A stretch of DNA of 64,000 nucleotides, from positions 194,147 to 258,146 of the forward strand of contig DATEHU010000026.1 in assembly GCA_035279405.1 (NCBI GenBank), in the 5' to 3' direction. Below the pieces are notes generated by a model that saw only the letters and a list, made by a program, of their open reading frames with translations, did no database searches and was not told where the DNA came from. This DNA is from Gammaproteobacteria bacterium (lineage in GTDB: Bacteria > Pseudomonadota > Gammaproteobacteria > Natronospirales > REEB76). This document shows, piece by piece, positions 7,617 to 16,511 of the stretch (positions are counted from its first letter, which is position 1; each line of letters begins with the position of its first letter). The position numbers and the translations under genes are program-made.

Positions 7617-10600
7617 TCACGCCGCAGCTTTGCGCGCCAGCGCCTCCAGCAACACCTGCACTGAATTGATGCGGCGCTCGGGATCGTTCAGGTCCATGAG
7701 AAAGCGCAGGCGGTTGTTGCCGTCCAGCTTGTAGTGTTGCGGTTGTTGCTGAATCAGCCGAATGACGGTGTCGGGATTTACATTGGGCTTGTCGTTGAAC
7801 AGCAGACGGCCGCCCTTGGCGCTGGCCTCGATCTTGCGTACGCCGAGCGGCGCGGCCCGCAGTTTCAGTTCGGCGATGCGGAACAGCGTTTTGGTTTGCG
7901 GCGGCAGCAGACCGAACCGGTCAATCATTTCCACTTGCAGCTCGCGAAGTTCCTCATCTGTCGCACAGTCCGCGATGCGCTTGTAGAGTGTCAGGCGCAA
8001 CTGCACATCGCCCACGTAATCGGCCGGCAGCAGCGCCGGCAGGCGCAGGTCAATTTCCGGCCCGTGCTCGGGCGGCGCATCGAGGTCCGCGGGTTTGCCT
8101 TCTTTGAGTGCGCGCACCGCACGTTCCAACAATTCGGTGTAGAGGGTGAACCCGACTTCGTGAATCTGCCCGCTTTGCTCCTCACCGAGGAGCTCACCGG
8201 CGCCGCGGATTTCGAGATCATGGGTGGCGAGCGTGAAACCTGCGCCCAGTTCTTCCAGAGACTCGATGGCTTCCAGGCGCTTGACGGCATCGGCGGTCAT
8301 CACGGTCCGCGGCGGTACGATCAGGTAGGCGTAGGCGCGGTGGTGTGAGCGGCCCACGCGGCCGCGCAACTGGTGCAACTGGGCCAAACCGAACTTGTCG
8401 GCGCGCTCGATCACGATGGTGTTGGCGGACGGCACGTCTATGCCGCTCTCGATGATGGTGGTGCATACCAGCACGTTGAAACGCCGGTGATAGAAATCCA
8501 GCATCACCTGCTCGAGTTCGCGCTCGTGCATCTGGCCGTGGGCGATGCGCACCTCGGCTTCCGGCACCAGCTTCGTGACATGTGCGGCGGCGCGCTCAAT
8601 GGTGTCCACACTGTTGTGCACGAAGTACACCTGGCCGCCGCGCTTGATTTCGCGCAGGCAGGCTTCCTGTACCAGCGCATCCTGCCATTCGCTCACGAAG
8701 GTCTTGACCGCCAGGCGTTCCTCGGGCGGCGTAGCGATGATCGAAAGGTCGCGCAGCCCCGCGAGCGACATGTTGAGGGTGCGGGGAATGGGTGTCGCGG
8801 TAAGCGTGAGGAGGTCCACTTCGGCGCGCAGTTGCTTGAGTTTTTCCTTGTGGCGCACGCCGAAACGGTGCTCCTCGTCCACAATCACCAGCCCCAAGTC
8901 CTTGAACTTGAGTTCATCGCGCAGCAGCGCATGCGTACCGATGACGATGTCCACGCTGCCGGCGGCCAGGTCGCGGACCACTTCGTTTTGCTGTTTGCCG
9001 GTGCGGAAGCGCGACAGCATCTCGATGCGCACCGGCCATGCGGCAAAGCGGTCGCGGAAGGTCTGGAAGTGCTGCTGCGCAAGCAGCGTGGTGGGCACGA
9101 GCAGCGCCACCTGCTTACCCGCCTGTACCGCGGCGAACGCCGCGCGCAGCGCCACTTCGGTCTTGCCAAATCCCACGTCGCCGCAGACCACGCGGTCCAT
9201 GGCCTTGCCCTCGCGCATGTCGGCGAGCACCGAGTCGATGGCTTGCAACTGGTCCGGCGTTTCATCGAAGGGAAAATCTTCCGCGAAGCTGCGGTAATCC
9301 AGCTCGCCGAATTTGAATGCGTAACCGTGGCGCGCAGCGCGGCGTGCGTAGATGTCGAGCAATTCCGCCGCCACGTCGCGCACCTGTTCGGCAGCGCGGC
9401 GGCGCGCTTTCTCCCAATCGCCGCTGCCGAGATGGTGCAGCGGCGCGGTTTCCGGCGCACCGCCGCTGTAGCGCGATATTAGATGCAGTGCGGACACCGG
9501 CACGTAGAGCTTCGCGCCCTCGGCGTATTCCAGCGCCAGGAAATCGGTCTGCACATGATCCAGTTCCAGAGTCTGCAACCCGAGATAGCGGCCGACGCCG
9601 TGCTCGGCATGTACCACCGGTGCTCCCGGAGCGAGCGCGGTCAGGTCGCGGATGATGGCGGCGGGATCGCGCTGGCGAACGCGCCGATGCGCTGGATGGG
9701 CACGCTCGCCGAACAACTGCTGTTCGGCGATCACGGCAATACCGGCGTCCGGCAGATACAGTCCGCGTTCCAGCGGCGCCACGCACAGCGCGAGGCGCGC
9801 GGTGCCGGCCAGGAATCCGCGCCAGCCGTCCACGCTTGCAGGTTGCAGTTCGCGGCGCGCCAGCAGTTCCAGCAGGTATTCGCGCCGGCCGGCGGATTCG
9901 GCGGCCAGCAGTACGCGCCCGGAAAACTGCTGCAGAAATTCCAGCAATTTCGCCAGCGGTTCGGCGGCGCGGGTTTCCACGCGCAACGGCGGTGGCGTAA
10001 CACTGCCGAAATTCACGCCACCGGCGTCGGCAACTTCAAAACTCTGCAACTGAATACAGGCATGCGCTTGCAGCGCCGCCTGCGTTTCTTCCGGCGACAG
10101 CCACAGTTCTTCGGGAAGCAATAGTGGCCGTTCAATATCGTGGCGGCGTTGCTCGTGGCGCTCGGCGATCTGCCGCCACGCCTGTTGCAGTACGGGGGCG
10201 ATGTCTGCGGGTACCGCCAACGTGGTATGCACCGGAAGGTAATCGAAGAGCGTCGCGCTGCCGTCGAAAAACAGCGGTGCGTAATATTCCACGCCGCCGG
10301 GCGCGAGCCCGTGGGACACATCGCGGTACACGGGATTTCTCTGCGGGTCGCCTTCAAAGCGCGCGCGGTAACGCTGGCGAAAACCGCGGATGCCGTTCTC
10401 GTCCAGCGGGAACTCGCGTGCCGGCAGCAGCTTGATTTCCTCAAGCTTGTCCTGCGAGAGCTGGGTTTCAGGATCGAAATAACGGATGGATTCGATATCC
10501 TCGTCCAGCAAATCAATGCGCAGGGGTTTGGGGCTGCCCATGGGGAAAATGTCAAGCAGCGCGCCGCGGACCGCGAACTCGCCGTGTTCCATGACCTGGG

Positions 10601-11066
10601 TGACCGCGGCATAGCCCGCGGCCGTGAGCCGCCCGCGCATGGCTTCACGGTCGAGTTGCTGACTGGCCTTGAGCAGCAAGCTGCTGCCGAGGATATGCGC
10701 GGCCGGCGCCAGGCGTTGCATGAGTGTGCCGGCGGCGACGATGACGACGCCGTGTTTCAGCTCCGGCAGTTGCGCGAGTGTGGCCAGGCGCTCGGAAACA
10801 ATATCCGGGTGCGGCGAGAACAGGTCGTAGGGCAGTGTTTCCCAATCCGGAAAGTGCAGCACAGGCAGGGTTGCGGCACCGAGATAAAAGCGCAGTTCCT
10901 GCGCAAAGCGTTCCGCCTCGCGCGCATCCGCGGCGACGAGCAGCAGCGGGGCAGGCAAGCCTTGTGCCGCTTCGGCAAGCGCCAGCGCCGCGCTGCCACC
11001 GTACAACTGGCCCCAGCGGATCAGCGGGTTCCGGTCATCGGGTAATTTGGGTTTCAGCAGTGGCAT
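7617..11066 (-). CDS. mfd: Transcription-repair coupling factor Mfd
   Basis: Walker A is in VCGDVGFGKTEVALRAAF and the DEEH box in VIVDEEHRFG. The protein is more than 1100 aa with a TRCF-like C-terminus. The start was chosen at MPLLKPKLP (ATG 11066). Track alternatives are 11072 and 11114. Confidence 0.95.
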   Translation of the reverse strand: MPLLKPKLPDDRNPLIRWGQLYGGSAALALAEAAQGLPAPLLLVAADAREAERFAQELRFYLGAATLPVLHFPDWETLPYDLFSPHPDIVSERLATLAQLPELKHGVVIVAAGTLMQRLAPAAHILGSSLLLKASQQLDREAMRGRLTAAGYAAVTQVMEHGEFAVRGALLDIFPMGSPKPLRIDLLDEDIESIRYFDPETQLSQDKLEEIKLLPAREFPLDENGIRGFRQRYRARFEGDPQRNPVYRDVSHGLAPGGVEYYAPLFFDGSATLFDYLPVHTTLAVPADIAPVLQQAWRQIAERHEQRRHDIERPLLLPEELWLSPEETQAALQAHACIQLQSFEVADAGGVNFGSVTPPPLRVETRAAEPLAKLLEFLQQFSGRVLLAAESAGRREYLLELLARRELQPASVDGWRGFLAGTARLALCVAPLERGLYLPDAGIAVIAEQQLFGERAHPAHRRVRQRDPAAIIRDLTALAPGAPVVHAEHGVGRYLGLQTLELDHVQTDFLALEYAEGAKLYVPVSALHLISRYSGGAPETAPLHHLGSGDWEKARRRAAEQVRDVAAELLDIYARRAARHGYAFKFGELDYRSFAEDFPFDETPDQLQAIDSVLADMREGKAMDRVVCGDVGFGKTEVALRAAFAAVQAGKQVALLVPTTLLAQQHFQTFRDRFAAWPVRIEMLSRFRTGKQQNEVVRDLAAGSVDIVIGTHALLRDELKFKDLGLVIVDEEHRFGVRHKEKLKQLRAEVDLLTLTATPIPRTLNMSLAGLRDLSIIATPPEERLAVKTFVSEWQDALVQEACLREIKRGGQVYFVHNSVDTIERAAAHVTKLVPEAEVRIAHGQMHERELEQVMLDFYHRRFNVLVCTTIIESGIDVPSANTIVIERADKFGLAQLHQLRGRVGRSHHRAYAYLIVPPRTVMTADAVKRLEAIESLEELGAGFTLATHDLEIRGAGELLGEEQSGQIHEVGFTLYTELLERAVRALKEGKPADLDAPPEHGPEIDLRLPALLPADYVGDVQLRLTLYKRIADCATDEELRELQVEMIDRFGLLPPQTKTLFRIAELKLRAAPLGVRKIEASAKGGRLLFNDKPNVNPDTVIRLIQQQPQHYKLDGNNRLRFLMDLNDPERRINSVQVLLEALARKAAA

Positions 11067-11123
11067 GCTCATTTTCCAAATGCACAAATGCGGACACCCC
11101 GCAAAGCGGGGCAACGGTATCCT

Positions 11124-11248
11124 AGGATGCTCTGAATAATCCGTTTTCCGTCATTCCGGGGCGATTCCGGCTTTCGCCGGGAGGAATCCAGTCTTTTAAA
11201 ACCTGGACACCGGCTTTCGCCGGTGTGACGGATAGATCAGAGCATCCT
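11124..11248. repeat. Palindromic intergenic element of the AGMT/RGND type, with 12-bp terminal inverted repeat
   Basis: The ends aggatgctctga (11124-11135) and tcagagcatcct (11237-11248) form the inverted repeat. The interior is ccgtcattccgg...ggaatccagtcttttaaaacctggac...cggtgtgacgg. Related copies lie at 11294..11380 and 40226..40293. Confidence 0.7.
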
Positions 11249-11293
11249 TAATTGTGGCGGCATTCATCGCCGCTTTGCAATGGATTTTCCAAT

Positions 11294-11380
11294 CGTCATA
11301 CCGGCGAATGCCGGTATCCAGTTCTGGATCTGGATTCCCGCTCCTTGTCTTCGCGAGGACAGGTTTCGTGGGAATGACGG
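11294..11380. repeat. Palindromic intergenic element, same family as 11124..11248
   Basis: The sequence is cgtcataccggcgaatgccggtatccag ... ctggattcccg ... cgtgggaatgacg. A spurious translation of it gives the well-known VIPANAGIQ / RGNDG strings. Confidence 0.7.
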
Positions 11381-11402
11381 CATCAAACCCGGAAATTCCG
11401 AT

Positions 11403-12299
11403 CTAATCGCGAAAGCGCTTCAGCAAGTCGCCGTAGGCATCAATGCGCCGGTCGCGCAGATACGGCCAGATGCGGCGCACCGCTTCGGAGCGCCCGAGAT
11501 CAATTTGCGTCGTGAGCACCTGAGGTTTGTCAGTGCCGGCCTCAGCGAGAATTTCGCCTTGCGGCCCGGCGATGAAGCTCGAGCCCCAGAAACGGATGCC
11601 CGTAGTCTTGCCCGCGGGATCCGCCTCGGTGCCGACGCGATTGGCCACCATCACCGGCAGGCCATTGGCCACGGCGTGCGCGCGCTGCATGGTGATCCAG
11701 GCGTCGCGTTGGCGCGCCTGCTCGTCCGCCGGGTCTTCCTCCACCCAGCCGATGGCGGTGGGGTAGAGCAGCAGTTCCGCGCCGGCCAGCGCCATGAGGC
11801 GCGCGGCTTCCGGGTACCACTGGTCCCAGCACACCAGTACGCCGAGTTTGCCGGCGGAGGTGGCAATGGGGTGAAAGCCGAGGTCGCCGGGCGTGAAATA
11901 GAATTTTTCCGAAAAGCCCGGATCGTCCGGAATGTGCATCTTGCGGTAGATGCCGGCGAGCGTGCCGTCGCGCTCGATGACGGCGGCGGTGTTGTGATAC
12001 AGGCCGGGTGCGCGTTTTTCGAACAGTGAGGCCACGATGACCACGCCCAGCGCTTTGGCAACAGCGCCGAGTTCCTGCGTGGAGGGACCGGGGATCGGCT
12101 CGGCCAGGTCGAAGAGGCGCGTGTCCTCGGTCTGGCAGAAATACGGCCCGGTGTGCAGCTCCTGCAGGAGCACCAGCTTGGCGCCGCGCTTGGCGGCCTC
12201 GCGGATACCTTTGACACTTTGTGCAAGATTATTGGCACGGTCGGATGTGCAGCTTTGTTGTATGAGGGCGACAACCAAAGTTTTGGGTTTCTGTGTCAT
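11403..12299 (-). CDS. aguB: N-carbamoylputrescine amidase (carbon-nitrogen hydrolase family)
   Basis: The nitrilase-superfamily Glu-Lys-Cys context is present: LLQELH, YRKMHIP and GVLVCWDQWYPE. The gene is adjacent to agmatine deiminase. Confidence 0.9.
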   Translation of the reverse strand: MTQKPKTLVVALIQQSCTSDRANNLAQSVKGIREAAKRGAKLVLLQELHTGPYFCQTEDTRLFDLAEPIPGPSTQELGAVAKALGVVIVASLFEKRAPGLYHNTAAVIERDGTLAGIYRKMHIPDDPGFSEKFYFTPGDLGFHPIATSAGKLGVLVCWDQWYPEAARLMALAGAELLLYPTAIGWVEEDPADEQARQRDAWITMQRAHAVANGLPVMVANRVGTEADPAGKTTGIRFWGSSFIAGPQGEILAEAGTDKPQVLTTQIDLGRSEAVRRIWPYLRDRRIDAYGDLLKRFRD

Positions 12300-12324
12300 G
12301 TATCTTCTTAACCCCTCATCCTAA

Positions 12325-12349
12325 CTTCTCCCCTTGAGAAGGGGAGAAG
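12325..12349. repeat. Perfect 11-bp stem hairpin in the aguA-aguB spacer
   Basis: The sequence is cttctcccctt gag aaggggagaag. No T-run follows on the minus strand, so it is more likely a REP-like or mRNA-stabilising hairpin than a terminator. Confidence 0.6.
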
Positions 12350-12370
12350 GGGCAAAGTGGTAATTCCCGG

Positions 12371-13423
12371 TCAGTCACCGGGAATTACTCCTTCGGGGAG
12401 CTGCATGGTCACGCAATGCAGGCTGCCGTACTGGTAGATCAGCGGCCGGCACATGACCGGCACGATTTCGCGTCCGGGAAACGCCGGCTGCAGGGCCGAG
12501 AGAGCGGCCGCATCCGCCGGATCATTATATGTCGGCACCAACACCGCTCCGTTGATGATGAGGAAATTCGCGTAGGTGGCAGGCAGCCTTCGGCCTGTGT
12601 GGTCATGGATGGCCTGCGGCCAGGGCAGCGGTATCAGCCTATAAGTTTCGCCATCCTTGCGGCGCAGCGCGCGCAACTCTTCTGCCATGGCCTGCAGATC
12701 GGAATAATGGGGATCGTTGCGATCATCACAAGCCTGATAGGCGATGGTGCGCGCATCACAGAAGCGCGCCAAGGTGTCTATGTGGCCGTCGGTGTCGTCG
12801 CCGTCAATCGCCCCCTGTTTGAGCCACAAGATACGATCCACACCGAGCAGACGCCGTAGCTCGCTTTCAATCTGCGTGCGATTCAGCGTGGGGTTGCGGT
12901 TGGGGTTGAGCAGGCAGCTTTCGGTGGTGAGCAGCGTGCCTTCGCCGTCCACTTCAATGCTGCCGCCTTCCAGCACCATCTCGAAGCTTTCCAGCGGCGT
13001 GGCGCCAAACGCGCCGCGCGCGTGCAGCGCCTGGGTGATCCGGTTGTCATCCTGATGCGGATACTTTGTGCCCCAGCCGTTGAACACAAAATCCAGCAAG
13101 GTCAGCCGGTCATCCTTGAATACCGTCATCGGCCCGTGGTCGCGCGCCCAGGCATCGTTGGAGGACAGGGCGTAAAGATACAGCCGTTCAGGCCGTCCGC
13201 CTGCGGTTTTGACCATGCGGCGGATTTTGTCCGCATGCGCATCGTCCATGCAGGTGATGAGCACCCGCTCACGTTTGCTGATTTCAACTGCGAGCTGTGT
13301 GTGGCAGCGTTCGACGCTGACGTAATCGGGGCTCCAATCGCCGTCGCTGCGCGGCCAGGTGAGCATCACGGAGCTTTGCGGAGCCCATTCGGGCGGAAGC
13401 CGGTAGCTGTGGGTCATGCGCAT
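12371..13423 (-). CDS. aguA: Agmatine deiminase
   Basis: Supporting strings are RLPPEWAPQSSVMLTWP, DAWARDHGP, GGSIEVDGEGTLLTTESCLLNPNRNP and the catalytic Cys in GSLHCVTMQ. The start may be ATG 13423 or 13417. The track start 13432 is a GTG inside the upstream terminator. Confidence 0.9.
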   Translation of the reverse strand: MRMTHSYRLPPEWAPQSSVMLTWPRSDGDWSPDYVSVERCHTQLAVEISKRERVLITCMDDAHADKIRRMVKTAGGRPERLYLYALSSNDAWARDHGPMTVFKDDRLTLLDFVFNGWGTKYPHQDDNRITQALHARGAFGATPLESFEMVLEGGSIEVDGEGTLLTTESCLLNPNRNPTLNRTQIESELRRLLGVDRILWLKQGAIDGDDTDGHIDTLARFCDARTIAYQACDDRNDPHYSDLQAMAEELRALRRKDGETYRLIPLPWPQAIHDHTGRRLPATYANFLIINGAVLVPTYNDPADAAALSALQPAFPGREIVPVMCRPLIYQYGSLHCVTMQLPEGVIPGD

Positions 13424-13450
13424 ATAAAACACCCGGCTTGCAGCCGGGTG
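13422..13450 (-). terminator. Rho-independent terminator after the 13473..14195 gene
   Basis: The minus strand reads cacccggc-tgcaa-gccgggtg followed by ttttata. This is an 8-bp GC-rich stem followed by a T-run. Confidence 0.7.
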
Positions 13451-13472
13451 TGGTTTTGAAATTCAATTGCGA

Positions 13473-14195
13473 TCAAGGATTGTTGGGGTCGCCGTTCTTG
13501 AACGGATGTGCCTTGAGCACGGTGTGTACCACGTAATTGTATTCGAAATACACCACATAGGTCGGATAGATCCAGCGTGTGATCGGCGGATGCAGTTTGG
13601 TGCCGGGCTCGGGCACGGCCGGCAGCTTCTGCAGGGGTGCGCCGAAGATGTGCTCGACGTTCGCCATGCTCATGCCGCGCACCGGCAGGTTCGGACCGGA
13701 CATTTCGCCGGCAGGGGTTACGGTGGTGGTGGCCGCCGGCGCAGATGCAGCGCTGGAAGCTGCAGCAGCGGTCGTCGCAGGCATAGCCATGGCGGCGGTC
13801 GGTACCGCTGAACTGGAAGCACTCGCCGACTCGCTGACTGCGGGTGGACTGGCAGAGGCAGCGGCACCCGGGGCCGACGTACTTTGTGCAGCCGGAGCCG
13901 GCATGGCTGAGGTCGGGGCTGCCGCCGGTGTTGCACTTTGTGCCGAGGGAGCGGGCATATGGCTGGCAGCCGCCACGGCGGGTGTTGCAGGTGCAGCACT
14001 GGCCGGAGATTGCGCTGCGGTTGCGGCGGCGGCTTCGTGAGTCGCGCTTATGGCATGTGTGGACGTCGCGGCCTGCGGCGCAGTCATTGCACCGGTCACA
14101 GGTGTCGCGGGCTTTACGCCGTGGTGGGCGCAGGCGGCCAAGCCAAATAGGGCCAAAGCGGCAGGAGCAAGAATCTTTATCACATGGCGCGGCAT
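13473..14195 (-). CDS. Hypothetical lipoprotein with long Ala/Ser/Thr/Pro low-complexity linker and conserved-looking C-terminal domain
   Basis: The signal peptide and lipobox read MPRHVIKILAPAALALFGLAAC. An RBS ggggagg lies 7 nt upstream. About 140 aa are low complexity. The ordered tail is LPVRGMSMANVEHIFGAPLQKLPAVPEPGTKLHPPITRWIYPTYVVYFEYNYVVHTVL. Confidence 0.7.
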   Translation of the reverse strand: MPRHVIKILAPAALALFGLAACAHHGVKPATPVTGAMTAPQAATSTHAISATHEAAAATAAQSPASAAPATPAVAAASHMPAPSAQSATPAAAPTSAMPAPAAQSTSAPGAAASASPPAVSESASASSSAVPTAAMAMPATTAAAASSAASAPAATTTVTPAGEMSGPNLPVRGMSMANVEHIFGAPLQKLPAVPEPGTKLHPPITRWIYPTYVVYFEYNYVVHTVLKAHPFKNGDPNNP

Positions 14196-14521
14196 GGGAC
14201 GGCCTCCCCGTGGATTTAGCCCTAACTATAGCACCTCAAAATGACCTGAAAAAGCTTTTTCAAGCATTGGGTTACCGGGATTTCCTGATGACTGCCTTAT
14301 CTTGCGTGGCCGCGGTCCGCCAAAAACAAGCTTTGGTTGCCGGCGGTGGCAGGGCGAGCCCGAGCGCATGTCGGGTCCTCAAAGGTGGATCGGGCCTGGG
14401 TCCGTCCACCGCCAAGGTCTCCAAAAAAACAGGGAATGACGTCGCGGGCTCTGTTCAGAAATGCACTTCGATGTTGGCTGCGGTCGAACCCGCCGGGCGG
14501 TTTATGTTTTAATGCCGCCCC

Positions 14522-15769
14522 ATGTTTCAACCTGTGCCGCTGTTTGTGGGCCTGCGCTATTTCCGCGCCCGCCGCCGCAACCAGTTCATCTCGTTCATTT
14601 CCATCATGTCCATGATCGCCATTGCCATAGGCGTGATGGCGCTGATCACGGTGCTGTCGGTGATGAACGGCTTCCAGAACGAGTTGCGCACCCGCATCCT
14701 CAGCATGGTTTCGGACGTGACGATCACCGGCTTTGACGGTCGCCTCGATAACTGGTCGGCGGTGCTGGCCAGGGTTCAGGGCGTGCCGCATGTCACCGGC
14801 GCCGCGCCCTACGTCGAGGAGCAGGCGATGCTTGCCAACGGCGCCAACATGAGCGGCGCCATCGTGCGCGGCGTCATCCCGGACGACGACGCCCGGGTAT
14901 CGGATGTGGGCAGGAAGCTCGTCAGCGGCAGTCTCAAGGACCTCAGGCCCGGAAGCTACAACATCATTCTCGGCAAGGATCTGGCTTACGCGTTGGGCGT
15001 GGTGCCCGGCGACAAGGTGATCATGCTGATTTCGCAGGGCAACGTCACGCCCGCGGGCATCATTCCGCGCCTGCGACGCTTCACGGTGACGGGAATCTTT
15101 TACGCCGGCGTGTACCAGTACGACAGCGCGCTGGCGCTCGTCAATCTCAAGGACGCGCAGACGCTGTACAGCATGGGCAGTGCGGTGAGCGGCGTGCGCC
15201 TCAAGCTGGACGACAACCTGCTCGCACCGGCCATCGCGCAGCAACTCTCCGGCACGTTCAACGGCAAGTACTACGTGAGCGACTGGACGCAACAGAATGC
15301 CAATCTGTGGACGGCCATCGCCATCGAGAAGAACGTGATGTTCGTGATCCTGTCGCTGATTGATCTGGTGGCGGCCATCAGCATCATCATCGTGTTGGTG
15401 ATGGCGGTGACCGACAAGCAGTCCGACATCGCCATTCTGCGCACCCTCGGCATGACGCCGCGCGGCATCATGGGCGTATTCGTGGTGCAGGGCACCTTGA
15501 TCGGCCTGCTGGGCACCCTGTTGGGGCTGGTGCTCGGCGTCCTCCTGGCCGACAACGTGAATAACCTTCTCGATCTTGCGCGTCGCTTGTTCCACGTGCA
15601 GATCTTCCCGGCGAGCGTGTACTACATCAGCAATCTGCCGTCGGATATCTACGTGAGCGACGTGCTCAAGGTGTGCATTGCCACCTTCGTGCTCACCGTG
15701 CTGGCCACGCTCTATCCCGCGTGGCGCGCGGCGCGCACCCAGCCGGCGGAGGCGTTGCGCTATGAATAG
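14522..15769 (+). CDS. lolC: Lipoprotein-releasing ABC transporter permease (LolC/LolE family)
   Basis: The N-terminus is [42 protein letters not shown]. The protein has a large periplasmic loop and a C-terminal FtsX-like domain. The gene overlaps lolD by 8 nt. Confidence 0.9.
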   Translation: MFQPVPLFVGLRYFRARRRNQFISFISIMSMIAIAIGVMALITVLSVMNGFQNELRTRILSMVSDVTITGFDGRLDNWSAVLARVQGVPHVTGAAPYVEEQAMLANGANMSGAIVRGVIPDDDARVSDVGRKLVSGSLKDLRPGSYNIILGKDLAYALGVVPGDKVIMLISQGNVTPAGIIPRLRRFTVTGIFYAGVYQYDSALALVNLKDAQTLYSMGSAVSGVRLKLDDNLLAPAIAQQLSGTFNGKYYVSDWTQQNANLWTAIAIEKNVMFVILSLIDLVAAISIIIVLVMAVTDKQSDIAILRTLGMTPRGIMGVFVVQGTLIGLLGTLLGLVLGVLLADNVNNLLDLARRLFHVQIFPASVYYISNLPSDIYVSDVLKVCIATFVLTVLATLYPAWRAARTQPAEALRYE

Positions 15770-16478
15770 CGTAACCGCCGCCGCATTGCCCGACGATGAC
15801 GCGGTGATCCGCTGTCGTGATCTGGTCAAGCACTTCACGGAAACCGGCCACATCGTGGAGGTGCTTAACGGCATTGATCTTGCCGTAGGCAAGGGCGAAA
15901 CGGTCGCCATCGTGGGCGCTTCGGGTTCCGGCAAGAGCACCTTGCTGCATCTCCTCGGCGGACTGGATTTGCCCACCCGCGGCGAAGTCGAAGTGACCGG
16001 TCAGGCCATCAATCGCCTGAAGGATGCCGAGCGCGGCCGGCTGCGCAATCGCGCGGTGGGATTCGTATATCAGTTTCATCACCTATTGCCGGAATTCACC
16101 GCGGTAGAAAACGTGGCCATGCCGCTCCTGATTCGTGGTGCGCCGGTGATAGAAGCCAGGGACAAGGCCATAACCTTGCTGGAGCGGGTCGGTTTGGGTG
16201 AGCGCCTGAATCACAAACCAGGACAGCTGTCCGGCGGCGAACGCCAGCGCGCGGCGGTGGCGCGCGCGCTGATTCACAAGCCGGCGGTGGTGCTCGCCGA
16301 CGAGCCCACCGGGAACCTCGACCTGCATACCGGCGATCAGGTGCATGAACTCATGCTGGAACTGAACCGCGATTTCGGCACCAGCCTGATCCTGGTGACC
16401 CACGATCTGCGTCTGGCCCGTCGCATGCAGCGCGTCCTGCATCTGGAAGATGGCCGCTTGCATGCCTGGCGCGCCTGA
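15762..16478 (+). CDS. lolD: Lipoprotein-releasing system ATP-binding protein LolD
   Basis: Track ORF 15678.. trimmed to ATG 15762. Walker A is GASGSGKST, the signature is LSGGERQR and Walker B is [11 protein letters not shown]. Confidence 0.9.
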   Translation: MNSVTAAALPDDDAVIRCRDLVKHFTETGHIVEVLNGIDLAVGKGETVAIVGASGSGKSTLLHLLGGLDLPTRGEVEVTGQAINRLKDAERGRLRNRAVGFVYQFHHLLPEFTAVENVAMPLLIRGAPVIEARDKAITLLERVGLGERLNHKPGQLSGGERQRAAVARALIHKPAVVLADEPTGNLDLHTGDQVHELMLELNRDFGTSLILVTHDLRLARRMQRVLHLEDGRLHAWRA

Positions 16479-16511
16479 AATCGCGAGCGTATTCAAAACA
16501 GGCCGAATGGC

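Noticed and set aside
14297-15976. 559-aa minus-strand ORF in the supplied track
   Set aside because: It lies entirely antisense to lolC/lolD, which have clear family signatures. Its translation is His/Arg/Gln/Ala-rich low-information sequence typical of shadow ORFs in high-GC DNA. It has no recognisable domain, RBS or sensible start.
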